Positions 13,918 through 27,502 of a stretch of 64,000 bases of DNA are shown here, piece after piece (the first letter of the stretch is position 1; every line of letters begins with the position of its first letter). This DNA comes from Octopus vulgaris (lineage: Eukaryota), in the NCBI GenBank assembly GCA_951406725.2, contig OX597821.1:12276001-12340000 (forward strand). Direction: 5' to 3'. The notes beneath the pieces are model-generated. The model ran no database searches, was not told where the DNA came from, and saw only the letters and a program-made list of their open reading frames with translations. Both the position numbers and the translations under genes were made by a program.

Positions 13918-14336
13918 TACATATATTTGACTGAGCTGTCTGAAACGTCACAGCACCGGTCAAGATGCGTAGCTTTCTTTACGTCTGTGTTTACGTACAG
14001 AGTTCAAATTTTTGTGTACGTGTGTGCGTTTCTACCCCTACGCCAACACACACATATATAGAACAGTATACACACACACGTCTCTAAGTAGATTTTTTCT
14101 CGCCCCTTATAAAACATCCAATATTCCTTAAATAGTCAGAACTTTATTCTCGGTCACAAAGAACATCTACAAACCCTCACCCACATGATTGACCGATGCC
14201 TGACCCGTTAAATTCTTCAGCCACCGGTTCTCAACATACACTGATAAACAGTTTCGCCATGGGCTCTTAGGAGCCTAGTTCGATTTGTTTTTGCTCCGCC
14301 TCTGTTCTGTTTTTGTTTTTTCCAACGGATTTCCTA

Positions 14337-14426
14337 TTTTCTTCCTGAAGAGAAAGACACAATATGGTCCCATTATTCAATCGGATTTTGGTAAATTGTG
14401 CCTTTCGAAATACGTGTAGAATGAAA
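14337..14426 (+). ncRNA. Type I hammerhead ribozyme motif with complete canonical core and long stem II
   Basis: TTC-CTGAAGA-GAAAGACACAAT...ATTGTGCCTTTC-GAAA-T-ACGT-GTA-GAA. Stem II 11/12 bp, palindromic ACGT loop III, GUA cleavage triplet at 14416-14418. Confidence 0.72.
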
Positions 14427-14634
14427 TAAAACGATTTCTGTTCAATCTGCGTTCAGCTCCATTTCTTCAATTCACCAATAATATTTTAATTTCAATTATC
14501 CGCACCAACGCACGGTTGCAACACCATATGGTTGTACCTCCAACCGTGCTGTTTACTGCTGTGATTTTTGCTACTAAGGTATCGGTTAAACTTTTGATTA
14601 ATCTACTACAAGATTATTCATCTTTCTATTTCAC

Positions 14635-14685
<51 letters not shown>

Positions 14686-15479
14686 TGTACACGCACACGC
14701 ACACAACACACATATATATAACTTCGAAAATAGCAGACAATCGAATTAATTGTGTATACGTTTAAAATATCACTTTACTTTCACAGTCAGCATTTTAACA
14801 TTAGAGATTGTCACGCATATGACGACCTATTTTTGAAAATTAAATGAAAATGTCAATTTATATTACGTAGAACATTTTTAAAACTCTTCAAAACATTTTA
14901 GAGAACGACTATGCTGCAACCTAGGTACAGAGGAATAAACAAAATTCATTTTGTTGATTTTCCACAATGAACGATTTGATTATACTTTGTTGATGTAATT
15001 CTAAGCCGACAAACTTTCCAGCATAATTCACAAATTGGGCATTACATTGTTAATTATCAATGCATATTAATTAACAAATTATATTAGCAATAAATATTTA
15101 ACTATATATCATAATTTGCATTCCTATACTTCAGTGTTTTAATTAGTAATACACATTTGGTGAATGATTTACGTACTTAAAATACACTAGTATCTTTGAT
15201 GATATTAGTTTAGTAAACTCTATTAGTTTACTAAACCAATATCATCGTGATATTTTTTGGTGTAACTTATATAGTCAGCTATACGTGCATTTTACTACAT
15301 CTTTAATGTTATACGTATACGAACACAATGTAATTTTACAATGAATTATAAATCTAATCATAGATAGAGTTTCACAAATATATAAATGTTGCGGATGGTA
15401 TTAATCTAGGCATTACAAAAATACGTCTGGATAAACTCGCATGCTATATAAAATGTGGATGTATAAATGAATCAATGCT

Positions 15480-16450
15480 TTTTATATGTTTAAATGGATG
15501 GGAAGCGACAAAGTAACGAATGGCTTTTAAAATAAATTATAGCGATTTCTCTTGAAAATAAAAAGAATTAGCATCACCGGGTTATCAAATAACAGCAGAA
15601 AAACGATTTAGCCATCATGCTGACATGGTTGCTATATTAGGAAATGATGTTCCAGCTTTATCAACTGTGCAAAATTGGAGATCTGAATTGACGAGAGGAA
15701 GGGAGATTCTTGAAGATGACCAAACGGCTGGAAATCCTGCAACTGCCATCACCGAAGAAAACGTTGAGAGTGTTAATCTCATGGCAATATATGATAGGCG
15801 ACTGAGTATAAACTAAATAGCCCATGCAATTAGCAAATCTGCTGAGAGAATCGAGAATATTCTGAACAATAAACTTAGCATGACGAAGGATTCTGTTCGG
15901 TGGGTGCCGCGTTTTCTGACACCTCATATTACATCACAGGAAAATCTGGGATTGTTTGGAGCAGATACAGTTGCTTTCCTTGATTGTTTCCAAAGCCAGA
16001 ATGTGTGATGGATTTATTACTTTGAGCCAGAGACAAGGAGACCATCCATGCAGTGGAAACACTCCTCCTCGACTGCTCCAAAGAAGGCCAAGGCCGTTTC
16101 GTCTGACTGGAATGTGATGGCAGCAGTGTTTTGAGATGCAAAAGCCATTGTGTTTATTGACTATCGCCAAAAGGGCCGCACCGTCAGTGGAGAGTACTGC
16201 GCCAACATGTTGAGGCTCTTAGGAAAAGCTATCAAGACCAAACTGCCAGGTAAACTGAACAAAAGGTGTCTTGTTTCATGAGACGCAAGACAAGTTTCAA
16301 TGGCTGCTTTGCGTGACTGTAGCTTTGCATTAGTTCATCACTCTCCCTATTCTCTTGATTTTGTCCCAATCTGACTGATCCGATCTCCAACGTGCTAAAC
16401 AAACTGCCAGTGTATATAGAGTTGTTTTTTTCGGTCGAGTTACAATAATT
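15480..16450 (+). mobile_element. Decayed mariner (same family as 49915-51194)
   Basis: HTH remnant ALSTVQNWRSELTRGR..EDD, WVPR-coding tgggtgccgcg near 15900, YS-D remnant near 16350. Many stops and frameshifts; ends not defined. Confidence 0.75.
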
Positions 16451-17549
16451 ACAGCTTCCCACTAAACTGAAAGTTTACACCTTACATATTTCAGAGTGAG
16501 TGCGTATTTACCATTTTTTATAAAGTATGGTGAGATTGACTTTCCAGTTTCTCGCTACTAGTTTTGATGGCGGATACCACGTCGAAACTTCTAATTCAGC
16601 GTCATCACTCACTTTGGAAAATAATAATTAATATGTACATAAACGTATGTGTTTCAGGAGTATAAATTTACTTACTGCTTATAAAAATATTCACTTTTTT
16701 CTATTTATATGTGCTTGTAAATGTAAGAAAATTTGCACTTATTCAACACAGAAAATCTATTAACAATTTCAGTTTACCGATAGAAATTAAACATCTAATC
16801 ATATTTTCTATAAATTTAATTTTGTTATTTTGTAAACCGTTACGGTTTAATTATTAGAGTTCGATCATGATATATGTTTGACTTTAAATAAATACTTGAT
16901 ATTTTGAGTAGTTTACATAATTTAATATTTCTTTTGATGTCTTTATCTTTACAGCATATTTCATTAACATTATAGCATATTTCATTTCTTTAACCTTACA
17001 TCATATTTCATTTGCGTTCTGTGCGTAATTATATGTATATATGAATATGATATCTATATGTAATTAATTCCTATAATGTATATCATAATCACATTTTACT
17101 GCAGCCTCTATTATGCTGCAACATTTTCATTCCTAGTTCCAGCAATAATATATTGTAGAATAATAACTATTCCAAACGTTTTGCATAAAATATTGTTCGC
17201 TGCCAATCATTTGATTTTTCATTTCGAAAGTTTTTTCCTTTATTATTTATTTATTTTAATTTTGTTTTAGTAAATAATTCAAAATTCTGAAACTTGTATT
17301 CTCTTTACACCAAAATAAAAGTTTTCAGTTTAGTCAATAGAAACATTATGCTTATATATTTATGAAAATTTTTATGTTACTTTTTCTCATTTTTCTCAAT
17401 GAATGCTGCAATACATAATTCATTCCATACTACTGAAAAACAATTTATGATTCAGGAAAGAATACAGAAGAAAACCAGCACTTAGCCACATAGACTGGGT
17501 ACTCTCAGCAGGATGAGTCTACTCCTGGTGAAATATCATGTAACTATAA

Positions 17550-17800
17550 ATAGTTACCTTCTCGAATCATACCGACGTATAAGGACCGGTATCTCGGTTT
17601 CATTGAGTGTATATACCCCACCTGTACGGGACGCCGGTCCGTCGCATTATTACTCATGTTTGCCAGCTTAATGGACTAGAGCAACATGAAATGAGATGTT
17701 TTGTTCAAGAACGAGACGCGTCGCCCTGTTGAAGAATGGAAACCACAGTCTTCCGATCATGAGTCGAACGCCGTAACTACTAAGCCTCGCGCCTCCACTG
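17550..17800 (-). mobile_element. tRNA-derived SINE (family C)
   Basis: Minus-strand head ggaggcgcgaggcttagtagtta..cggaagactgtggtttc; body shared with 20737-21008. Confidence 0.65.
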
Positions 17801-18730
17801 TGTAATTATAACTTCCGTGGATGCTCACTACACAGAAGGATTCTCTTCCAGCTTTATGCTGAACAGGGTACAAAGGATATTTAAGAAGTACTTCATGTCA
17901 TCTAAAACAAGACATTTGTATTTCTTCCTACTTTACGTACTCTATCCTTGACCAGGAGGAAGCTATGTCGTCGGATGTTACACAAGGATCACTGGTTGAC
18001 CTGTTCCTGAAAAATAGTAAATTTCAGCTGACATTAGTGTGTCTACAAATCTCACAAAAATACTACCAGATCTATATATGGCACTCAATTTATGCCTCTG
18101 ATAAACTTATTTTCGGAAAGGACCATGGTTCGATCACTTGTAAATGACAGAGACATTACCCTCAAATCAAATAATACCATCTTCCATTCAGAAAATACAC
18201 ATTGGTAAATTCAGTTCTCTATTTACAGAAAGTCGCCGTAATATATTGTGGAAAATATTAGCAAATCTGCCTGGAAGGAGGCACTGCAAATCGCATATAC
18301 AAATAGATTTAATGTTACGTTAATGGATGCACAAATTTTATTATAATAATCATTAATAAAAATAATATATAAGAGAAAGAAATACCACTTTCTTCGAAGC
18401 AGTAAAAACAGGGTGGCCCATGTCATACGGTACGTATGTTAAAAACGAAGTTCTTGTTAAATTTTCATTCATAAAAGTATTAGATATATGTAATCTAATG
18501 TATTTCAGCTGCTTTTAATGCATCACCAGAATCACCTCCGGTTCGGTTTTGAATTGTATGAATTTTTTATACAACCAAAACGTGTACATATTTCTTACAT
18601 TATGTATTGTGAATGTGTTTATGTATGAAATAAACGAATGTATACATATATCAATGGATATTTATTGCTATGTGAGTGTATATGTGGTGTATACTTAAGT
18701 ATGTATGTGTGCATGTACGTATGTATATGA

Positions 18731-18783
<53 letters not shown>

Positions 18784-18818
18784 TCTTTATGTATGTATAA
18801 ATACACTCACACACACGC

Positions 18819-18857
<39 letters not shown>

Positions 18858-19811
18858 CATAGTTCTGTGTAAACTTATACGATTCTACATGCAAGTATAT
18901 GTGAAAGGAAAGAATTTGGAAGAAAATTGCGAAAGTATCAAGCGATGTTTGGAGTCATAGAAATTAAAATGGCTGACAAGCACAATTTGGAAATATATTT
19001 GATGCTTGTCTCATGAGGTTTTTACGCATATATACACTCAAATAGTGTGTATACGTATATATATACACACAATAGTATATATGTATTATACGCACATATA
19101 TGTATAATACACGCATATGTACGCTTATATATAAACACATATATATACGTATATGAATACATACTCGCACACACACACACACACACACACATACACACAT
19201 ATATATATATATACCTGCGATAATGTTGTCTCAACGCTGTTATATGCTTATAAGTTTGACTTGTATTTCTGTTTGCTTATAAGAGTAAAATAGACTGTCA
19301 AAAGAAAATGTTATTAAATTATAAATCAGTTATTGAAGATGAAAGCGAGGCAAAATTTTAAAAGCAATAACAAAAATTTGACGTCTATTATATATTCTAC
19401 ATCAATTTAAAAAAGAAAATATATCGAATTTGAATAACTTTGACCTGAAATTTCAAAACAAAAAACAGAAGTATTATAAAACAATAAATATTACTCTTTA
19501 TGGAGCTATTATGTAAATGAATTAAATGAGCTATTTTAATGTTACTACGTTATTTCAGAAAAAAGCTTATGACCCGAATGTTCTCTATTTTATTTTTTTA
19601 CTTTATATACTTTTATTTTTGCTTTTTGCGTCATATCTTGATTTCTGTATTTTTACAAACTTCAAAGTTAATACTTAGATGACCGCGACGGTATTTGTAC
19701 AATAACGGTAAATATTCGTTTTATTTTTAAAAGGTTAATAACGTATAGTCAGTCTCTTAAACTAGAATCGATCGGTCAAAACAAAACATTCATCAGCAAA
19801 AGGCTACATTT

Positions 19812-20412
19812 ATTTGTTTTATTTTCATTACTTGCTTGTCTTTTTTTTCCTGTGACGTGACGTAATCATTGATTCTGTTACTGCGGACATTATTTCGACT
19901 TATATTGTTGATGGCTGTATTCCTCATACACACGCTGACGCATATGTAACCAAATACGCAATGCCATTGCAAAAGATAAGAAACCCTATATATAGGCGCA
20001 GGAGTGGCTGTGTGGTAAGTAGCCTGCTATTCAACCACATGGTTCCGGGTTCAGTCCCACTGCGTGGCACCTTGGGCAAGTGTCTTCTACTATAGCCCCG
20101 GGCCGACCAATGCCTTGTGAGTGGATTTGGTAGACGGAAACTGAAAGAAGTCTGTCGTATATATGTATATATATATATATGTGTATGTGTGTATGTGTGT
20201 ATGTTTGTGTGTCTGTGTTTGTCCCCCTAGCATTGCTTGACAACCAATGCTGGTGTGTTTACATCCCCGTCACTTAGCGGTTCGGCAAAAGAGACAGATA
20301 GAATAAGTACTGGGCTTACAAAGAATAAGTCCCGGGGTCGATTTGCTCGACTAAAGGCGGTGCTCCAGCATGGCCGCAGTCAAATGACTGAAACAAGTAA
20401 AAGAGTAAAAGA

Positions 20413-20453
<41 letters not shown>

Positions 20454-20719
20454 CACACAATCACCACCAGCAACGCACACACACATATTTATCACACCCT
20501 GTATATATACATATGTGTGTGTGTATATATATATATATATATGGCGTTTCTTATCTTTTGCAATCGCATTGCGTATTTGGTTACATATGCCTCAGAGTGT
20601 GTATTAGGAATACAGCCATCAACAATATAAATCGAAATAATGTCCGCAGTAACAGTATCAATGATTACGTCACGTCACAGGAAAAAAAAAGACAAGAAAG
20701 TAATGAAAATAAAACAAAT
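19812..20719. repeat. Inverted duplication (arms 19812-19984 and 20546-20719) enclosing a SINE and (TA)n
   Basis: tgtgacgtgacgtaatcattgat..ctgcggacattatttcga..caaaagataagaaac recurs as its reverse complement. Confidence 0.85.
19995..20413 (+). mobile_element. Young tRNA-derived SINE (family A) with internal (TA)/(TG) tract
   Basis: A box TGGCTGTGTGG, B box GGTTCAGTCCC, CORE-like ccttgggcaagtgtctt, tail (AAAAGAGT)n. Near-identical copies at 35239-35646 and 62801-63187. Confidence 0.9.
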
Positions 20720-20736
20720 CAATTTTACATTTAGTG

Positions 20737-21006
20737 AAGGCGCGTGGCTTAGTGGTTAGGGTATTCGGCTCATGATTGTATGGTCGTGAGTTCGATTCTC
20801 GGCGACGCGTTGTGTTCTTCAGCAAGACACTTTATTTCACGTTGCCGGCCTTGTCACACTCTGTCTCACGCTGAATTTCCCTCAGAACTACGTTAGCGGT
20901 AAGCGTGTCTGTGGATTGCTCAGCCATTTGCACGTTAATTTCACGAGCAGGCTGTTCCGTTGATCGTATCAGCTGGGACTCACGTCATCGTAACCGACGG
21001 AGTGCT

Positions 21007-21008
<2 letters not shown>
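20737..21008 (+). mobile_element. tRNA-derived SINE (family C)
   Basis: TGGCTTAGTGG A box, GAGTTCGATTC B box, agcaagacactttatttcacgttg body. Confidence 0.75.
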
Positions 21009-21073
<65 letters not shown>

Positions 21074-21306
21074 ATGTATGTATGTATGTATGTATGTATG
21101 TATGTATATATATGTGTGAGTGTGTGTGTGCATATATATATATATATATAAATATGTGTGTGTGTGTATATATATATAGGTATCTATATATATATATATA
21201 TATATGTGTATGTATGTATGTATGTATGTATGTATGTATGTATATGTGTGAGTGTGTGTGTGCATATATATATATATATATATATGTGTGTGTATATATA
21301 TATATA

Positions 21307-21374
<68 letters not shown>

Positions 21375-21376
<2 letters not shown>

Positions 21377-21900
21377 GGGGGCGCTGAATAAATTATCGTC
21401 TAAATTACGCAAAAATGAAAATAGCACTCATATCTCGTTTTAACAGATATATTTACCAAAGTTACATAAAACGTGTTTTCTAATTCTAAAGAGTAAATTT
21501 ATTTAATGAAATTGACATTGGCTTCAACCACGGCCTCTGAGCGACTTCGGAATCCCCTGCGTCTCTTCTGAATGGTGTTCTTGTTTAAGATGGTAAATGC
21601 TACGATTAATCATTGCCTTCAGTTCATCTTTAGTGTTGCCAGGAGTTATGTTGCTCTCTCTCTTAACTGCGCCCCACATATAATACTTAAGGGAGTTGTA
21701 TCCTGGTGAGTTACGTGACCAGATGTTAGGGGTGATGTCTTAGATATTGTCTGACAGCCATGACTGGCTTATCCTGCTAGTGTCGCATGGTGTAGAGTCC
21801 TGTTGCCAGACAGTGGTTCTTCCAGCGTCCACCCTCTTGACACACGGCGGCGCTAACTCTTCCAGGCACATGATGTAGGCCTCAGCGTTGAGCCCGAAGT
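21375..21900 (-). mobile_element. Tc1/mariner superfamily remnant, maT(DD37D)-like 3' part
   Basis: Minus-strand translation remnants QQDS.PC.TSRISQSWLSDN, NSPG.N.L.YYVWGAV, NTKDELKA, FRSRSEAVVEAN. TIR-like CAGGGGGCGCTGAATAAATT next to (TA)n. Confidence 0.6.
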
Positions 21901-21904
21901 CGTG

Positions 21905-22545
21905 TATTTCTCACAGACGTTGTCGAACTGAACCTAACATACTGTGTAGTCGACAAAATCAAGAACAGTCCATGCTCATGCTCGAAATCAAAAATACAGA
22001 ATGGCGACAAGTTATTCATCGCACGCTGTCTCCCTAACAGTACTCAGCACTACACCACACTAACAGGAGAATCCAATCATGGCTATGAGACAATTTCTGT
22101 GACCACATCACCCCTAACGTTTGGCCAGAATTCCGAAAGTCATTATGTGCAGCGAGCTTGAGAGTCGCCACATGAATGCTGGTCGACCAATGCTCAGATA
22201 TATGGACAGGCTGAAGAGTGATCACTTACTGATGAAAATAACTCACAACTTTGAGCGAACAGCTTTGGTACGAACAAAATGATGATCGTTGTGTGAAAAT
22301 GGTACTAAAAACATTGTTGCAACCAGCATTAGCAGGTTTCGGGGTGCAAGCGGAAGGAGAAATGCTGCTGCAAATATACCATCTACACTGATCTTTAATC
22401 CTCTAACTTGCAATATCTGTGACCTTGTTTGCAAATCGTTGGTGGGACTTAAAAGTCAAGTTCGATACAAGCATTACGACTGACAAAGAAAAAGTACGTT
22501 GTCGGAGGCTCATACGTCGAAGCCGACGAGAGAGTCCATCATACA
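21905..22545 (+). mobile_element. Decayed RTE/BovB-like LINE 3' end
   Basis: C-terminal CNICDLVCKSLVGLKSQVRYKH (C2H2-like), RYMDRLK remnant, short 3' UTR running into (CATA)n. Confidence 0.55.
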
Positions 22546-22973
22546 TACATACATACATACACACACACATACACACACGCGCACACACAACCACACACAC
22601 ATAAATACTCACACACAGAGACACACTTGAGAACAAACATGCACAGAAATATATACATGCATATACGCTGAGATAGTTATTGTGACATCTTCATGCATTT
22701 AGTAGTTAACCACCTTAAGAATTTGTCCTAGGAACAATTAAAGCTCATGTCATGGAATGGAATAATTAAATTTATCACTCTTGTTATCAAATCATTATAT
22801 ATACTCTACAGTAACTTGATACTCGGCCCTGAATCATATGATTATGTATATAGGAACAAGAAAGCTTTTGGGAAACCTGATTGAAGAAATAGATCCAATT
22901 GCCTCCAAAATAAATGGCTATTTGTCGTGCATTCCTAAAAACGCACATTCATATCAAAAATATATAGATTTTA

Positions 22974-23038
<65 letters not shown>

Positions 23039-23729
23039 GTGTACGCGTGTGTGTATGTGTCTGCATTTATCTATATAAAGAGGAAGATAGAGGGAGGATA
23101 AGGAGAAGCGCAAGAAGAGAAAATCAGATATCATTAACAAGTTGGCTGGCAATTTTTTAAAGTTATTAATAAAAGAGAAGCGTCCAAAGGATGAAAGGCA
23201 AACGGAATGGAATTTGGCGAGCTGTCATTCAAGATTTCAACTACTCTGTTGATTCACTCTCATGATATTTTTCTTCTCAGTTAAGCGTTTTAAACATAAA
23301 TCTGTTGCACTTTTCTCTTAATCTCTCATTTTTTTGCTGTTGTCTTTTTCTTCGTGGCCTATGGGTCCTATGCGGTTTCATAATCTTTATAACACTCTAC
23401 TTATAAGATAGACACACCAGCTCTCCATGCAAGACAAATTTTCATCTACCGTAAATCTAACGCCTATATCACTTCTTATACAAACGTTCTAGGTTCTGTA
23501 TCTTTCTTTCTTTTAATTTTTATTACATTATCTTCGTTTCCGCCGTTATTTATCTCAAACTCTACAGTTCCATTTCTCTTTCACTGTTTATAATTTTTTT
23601 ATTTTTATTTGTATTCTTCAGAAATCTCCATTTTCTGTTTCGTGACATCTCACTCGTGCCTTGACTCTCGAACCTTCTCTGTCCCCTTTCGCCATTTTAA
23701 TTTAAGTTACCATGTTTCTATCTACTTAT

Positions 23730-23731
23730 CA

Positions 23732-23781
<50 letters not shown>

Positions 23782-23782
23782 A

Positions 23783-23881
<99 letters not shown>

Positions 23882-23900
23882 ACTATCTATCTATCTATCT
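23730..23900. repeat. (TATC)n microsatellite
   Basis: Direct reading. Confidence 0.95.
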
Positions 23901-24852
23901 GCCTGTCTATCTATCTCTTTATCTATCAACATCTATATTTACGTCTGTATCCATATATGTATGTGTCGGTATGTATATGTCAATGTGTATGTGTGTGTTT
24001 GTGTGTGTGTGTGTGCGTATACATACATACATACATACACACACACATACACACACACATTCACACACACGCACACACAACCACACACACACATATATAT
24101 ATATTTATATATATATATTTACATATATATATTTATATATATATTTATATATATATATTTCTATGTCTTGCTGTTTCTCCCTATACCTTCCACTGAGCTA
24201 TTTGTGTTTTATAATTCAGCCATTTTCTGTGTTTTTTTATTTTTCGCATCCCTATTACAATTTCGGATTGTCTTTTTAAATCACACTTTCTCCTTTTAGC
24301 ACACAATTTTTGCATTAATCTTCCTGTGTCCATCACTGTCTCTTGTTTCTTTTATGCCTCTAAATCTTATTCTTCCTCCTCCTCGCCATGTCATTCTGTC
24401 TGTCTGCCTCTCGCTCTCACTCTCCCTCTCTCTTTCTCTTTCTCTCTTTCTCTCTTCCTCTATCTCTCTCAGTTTCAGTTGTTTTTCATACACATTAAGG
24501 AATATATATATACACACACAATCACGTTTATCCTCTCATGCCTCTTTCTTTCCTATCATCCCTTCCCTAATATCGTAACTCTCACTGTCCCTCTCCTTCA
24601 ATCTATTTCATGCACAAACACACTCTAGCAAAGGCACACGCACTCGCATATACACACGCATAATCACAGCGACTGTGAAACTCACGCACGTGCACACTCA
24701 TGAGCACACAACGTCTTTTTATTATTTTATTTTAACAGTTTTCGAGGATGTTTGAAATTCAATTATAAAATATTAGGTGCCTGAACTCTTCCTACGAGAT
24801 GTCAAGTTTATCTTAAGTGTGTGCAATATAAAATAATAATAATAAAAGTAAC

Positions 24853-24906
<54 letters not shown>

Positions 24907-25526
24907 CTAGAAATCAGATGATATTTAAAATTATAAAAAAAAACCTATAACATGAAAAATACAAATACAGATAAATAAAAAGAAAACGCGTAATAGAATT
25001 TGCAACAGCTAAAATGGAAACAAAATTTGTATTGAAAGTGCTCCTAAAATTATTGAAATATTAGAAATGAACTACCTGGCCGTTGAAAAATTGCATTTTG
25101 ATATTTTTGTTTTAAATGTTGACGCTTTTTGTATTATGTTTAAGTGTTTGTCGTTATTTGGTGATTTTTTTCTCTGTATTTTGTGAACTTTTTCTTTCTG
25201 TTTTTTTTCTTTGTTTTTGACTTCTCTTTGCCATATTCTCCTGCTTCTTTCTTTTAGTCTGTGCCATTATTACAATTCTTTTAGTAGTTGGTATTGAAAT
25301 TCTTCGTTGTATTTTTTTTAAGGATTTCTGTTTATTAAAGCCATAATGGAATAACATGGAATAACATGTTGTCAGTGTAATAAAAATAAAGAAAAGAACA
25401 GCGACAAAAGAAAAACACACAAGGAGAGAGCTATGAGAAACAACAAATAAATGCACAAAGTCGTAAAAGGACTTAGCAATTGATGTTGGAATTTGTGTTT
25501 CGCGTTTGTCGGATATTGAAATATAA

Positions 25527-25952
25527 TAAGAAATTCACACAAAATTATGAACTATGCTTTCAAGGAACTTTGCTGATCATAAAAGGATTATGCAATTAGT
25601 GTGTACGCGCGGAAGCATGTATGTATATATATATACGTATGTATTTACGTATATGTATGTAGGGTTAATAAGTTCACTACCGGCTGACACGATTCCGATT
25701 CACTTTCGATCCCAATGTGCAACAACTCCGGGAAATAGCTTCAATTTCAGAACCGGCTACACCAAATCCTTTGCAATGATATATGGTTATATATAGCATG
25801 TGTATATATACATACACATACAAACAAACACACACATTTATATGCCATTTATAAACATAAATACATGCTTACGCGCATAACACATAACTGCATAATCCTT
25901 TTATGATCGCCAAAGTTCCTTGAAAGCATAGTTCATCATTTTGTGTGAATTT

Positions 25953-25956
<4 letters not shown>
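25527..25956. repeat. Inverted duplication (arms 25527-25610 and 25872-25956)
   Basis: aagaaattcacacaaaattatgaactatgctttcaaggaactttg..tcataaaaggattatgca recurs as its reverse complement. Confidence 0.8.
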
Positions 25957-26049
<93 letters not shown>

Positions 26050-26220
26050 AGTTCAGCAAAAATTTAGATTCAAATGAACATGGTACTTAATTTAGATGCA
26101 CCAGAATTATGTATGGTGTTATCCATAAAAATCCGTAGGTGATTTTGGTACGAAACGATTTGGTACCGAAACGATCGTACCAAATTACCGGAGTCATTCT
26201 TGTTGCTTATTTTGATTATA

Positions 26221-26598
26221 CACTTGCGTCAGAAATTAATTAGCACTTCTCAAATTTCTACATTAAATAGGTTAAATCAATTAACCTATGAGCTGTTCAA
26301 AACGTCTTACGCGATGAGAAAACTCAGTATGGTGTGATTTCGGTCCTTGCGAGGCGCTACCTATATCTATTAAACAAAGGAATTTGCCTGCATCCGCACT
26401 CCAAGTTGTTGTTGCACTTCTATGTCAACATCATAAGGCTGTAGACTCTCAAACTGCTCTGCAAACAAAGTTACGTCATCGTTCTGCGCAACAATGAACT
26501 CGCAACAAAGCAATAGTTCGAGATATGGCCACTAGGTGACAGCACATACCTTGAGTGAAGAGCAAATCAAGGGTGCTAATTAATTTCTGACGGTAGTG
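26221..26598. mobile_element. Tc1/mariner-type MITE (378 bp)
   Basis: 26-bp TIRs CACT(TG/AC)CGTCAGAAATTAATTAGCAC, TA on both sides, no ORF. Confidence 0.85.
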
Positions 26599-26763
26599 TA
26601 TATATATGTCATATATGCCATATATAACCATATGTCATTGAAAATGATTTGGTGTAGCCTGTTCTGATATTAAAGTTGTTCCTTATTGGGATCAAAACAC
26701 ATGTGGATCGTTGGCGATTATTTCCGACTGTCATACTTTCTTCATGGATTTTCTCCGCCTCCT

Positions 26764-26798
26764 GTTTCTGACGAAGAGTTTTGCTAGAAATGTAAAAC
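26764..26798 (+). ncRNA. Minimal hammerhead-like motif (family shared with 38597-38631 and 60079-60110)
   Basis: GTTT-CTGACGA-A-GAGT-TTT-GCTA-GAAA-TG-TA-AAAC, stem II partly decayed. Followed by the family sequence ttccttccctgagcgtc..taatac. Confidence 0.55.
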
Positions 26799-27502
26799 TA
26801 CCTTTCTTTCCTTCCCTGAGCGTCTGCTAATACTTAGCATGTACCCAGTCCTCGCCTTGTTGTTTTTTCCTTGTGTTTCTTCTTCTTTTTCTTCTTCATT
26901 TTTTTATTTACTTTATACATATATAGTATAATGCGGGTGAAAACCTCGTAAAGTGTATTAAAGAGCTGTTATGTGTCGTTATTCGGGTAGCATATGTTAT
27001 CCTACAGTACTATATATTCCAGAACTGGATACAAATACAGAAGTCCTTTTTGCATTTTGCATACGACTAAGAGTTCATGATACATATGACACAAGGATAG
27101 ACGATATTAGGCTTCGATAGTTGATCACAACATTTATTTCTGTACGGCACACTAGCTTTAAGTTGTTGAGTTTATATTCATACACCTTGTAGAAGCTCTC
27201 TTTAAAATTGATATATAGCTGAATATATTTCAGAAATAGCCGTGTGTGGGTGCTTCATCATCATTTGGAATATGATTGAATACTTTGAATACTTCTAAAT
27301 ACGAATACACAGAAGCATCCAGCAAGAATTCATCTTATTCTACCCGATGATGCTCCATTCAAAGACATGATAATGATATATGAATAAAAAGTCATTACGT
27401 TAAGCAGCTGCATGATGTAGAAATCACTGATGTAAACCTGTTTTACAGCCTGATATCGTTCATCATTATGTTATCTGATTTTGTATATAAATATATGTAT
27501 AT

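Noticed and set aside
18490-18540. Minus-strand CTGGTGA..GAAA hammerhead-like relic
   Set aside because: Core mutated and no convincing stem I.
20905-21443. ORFs of [12 protein letters not shown] type here and throughout the window
   Set aside because: Dinucleotide-repeat artefacts.
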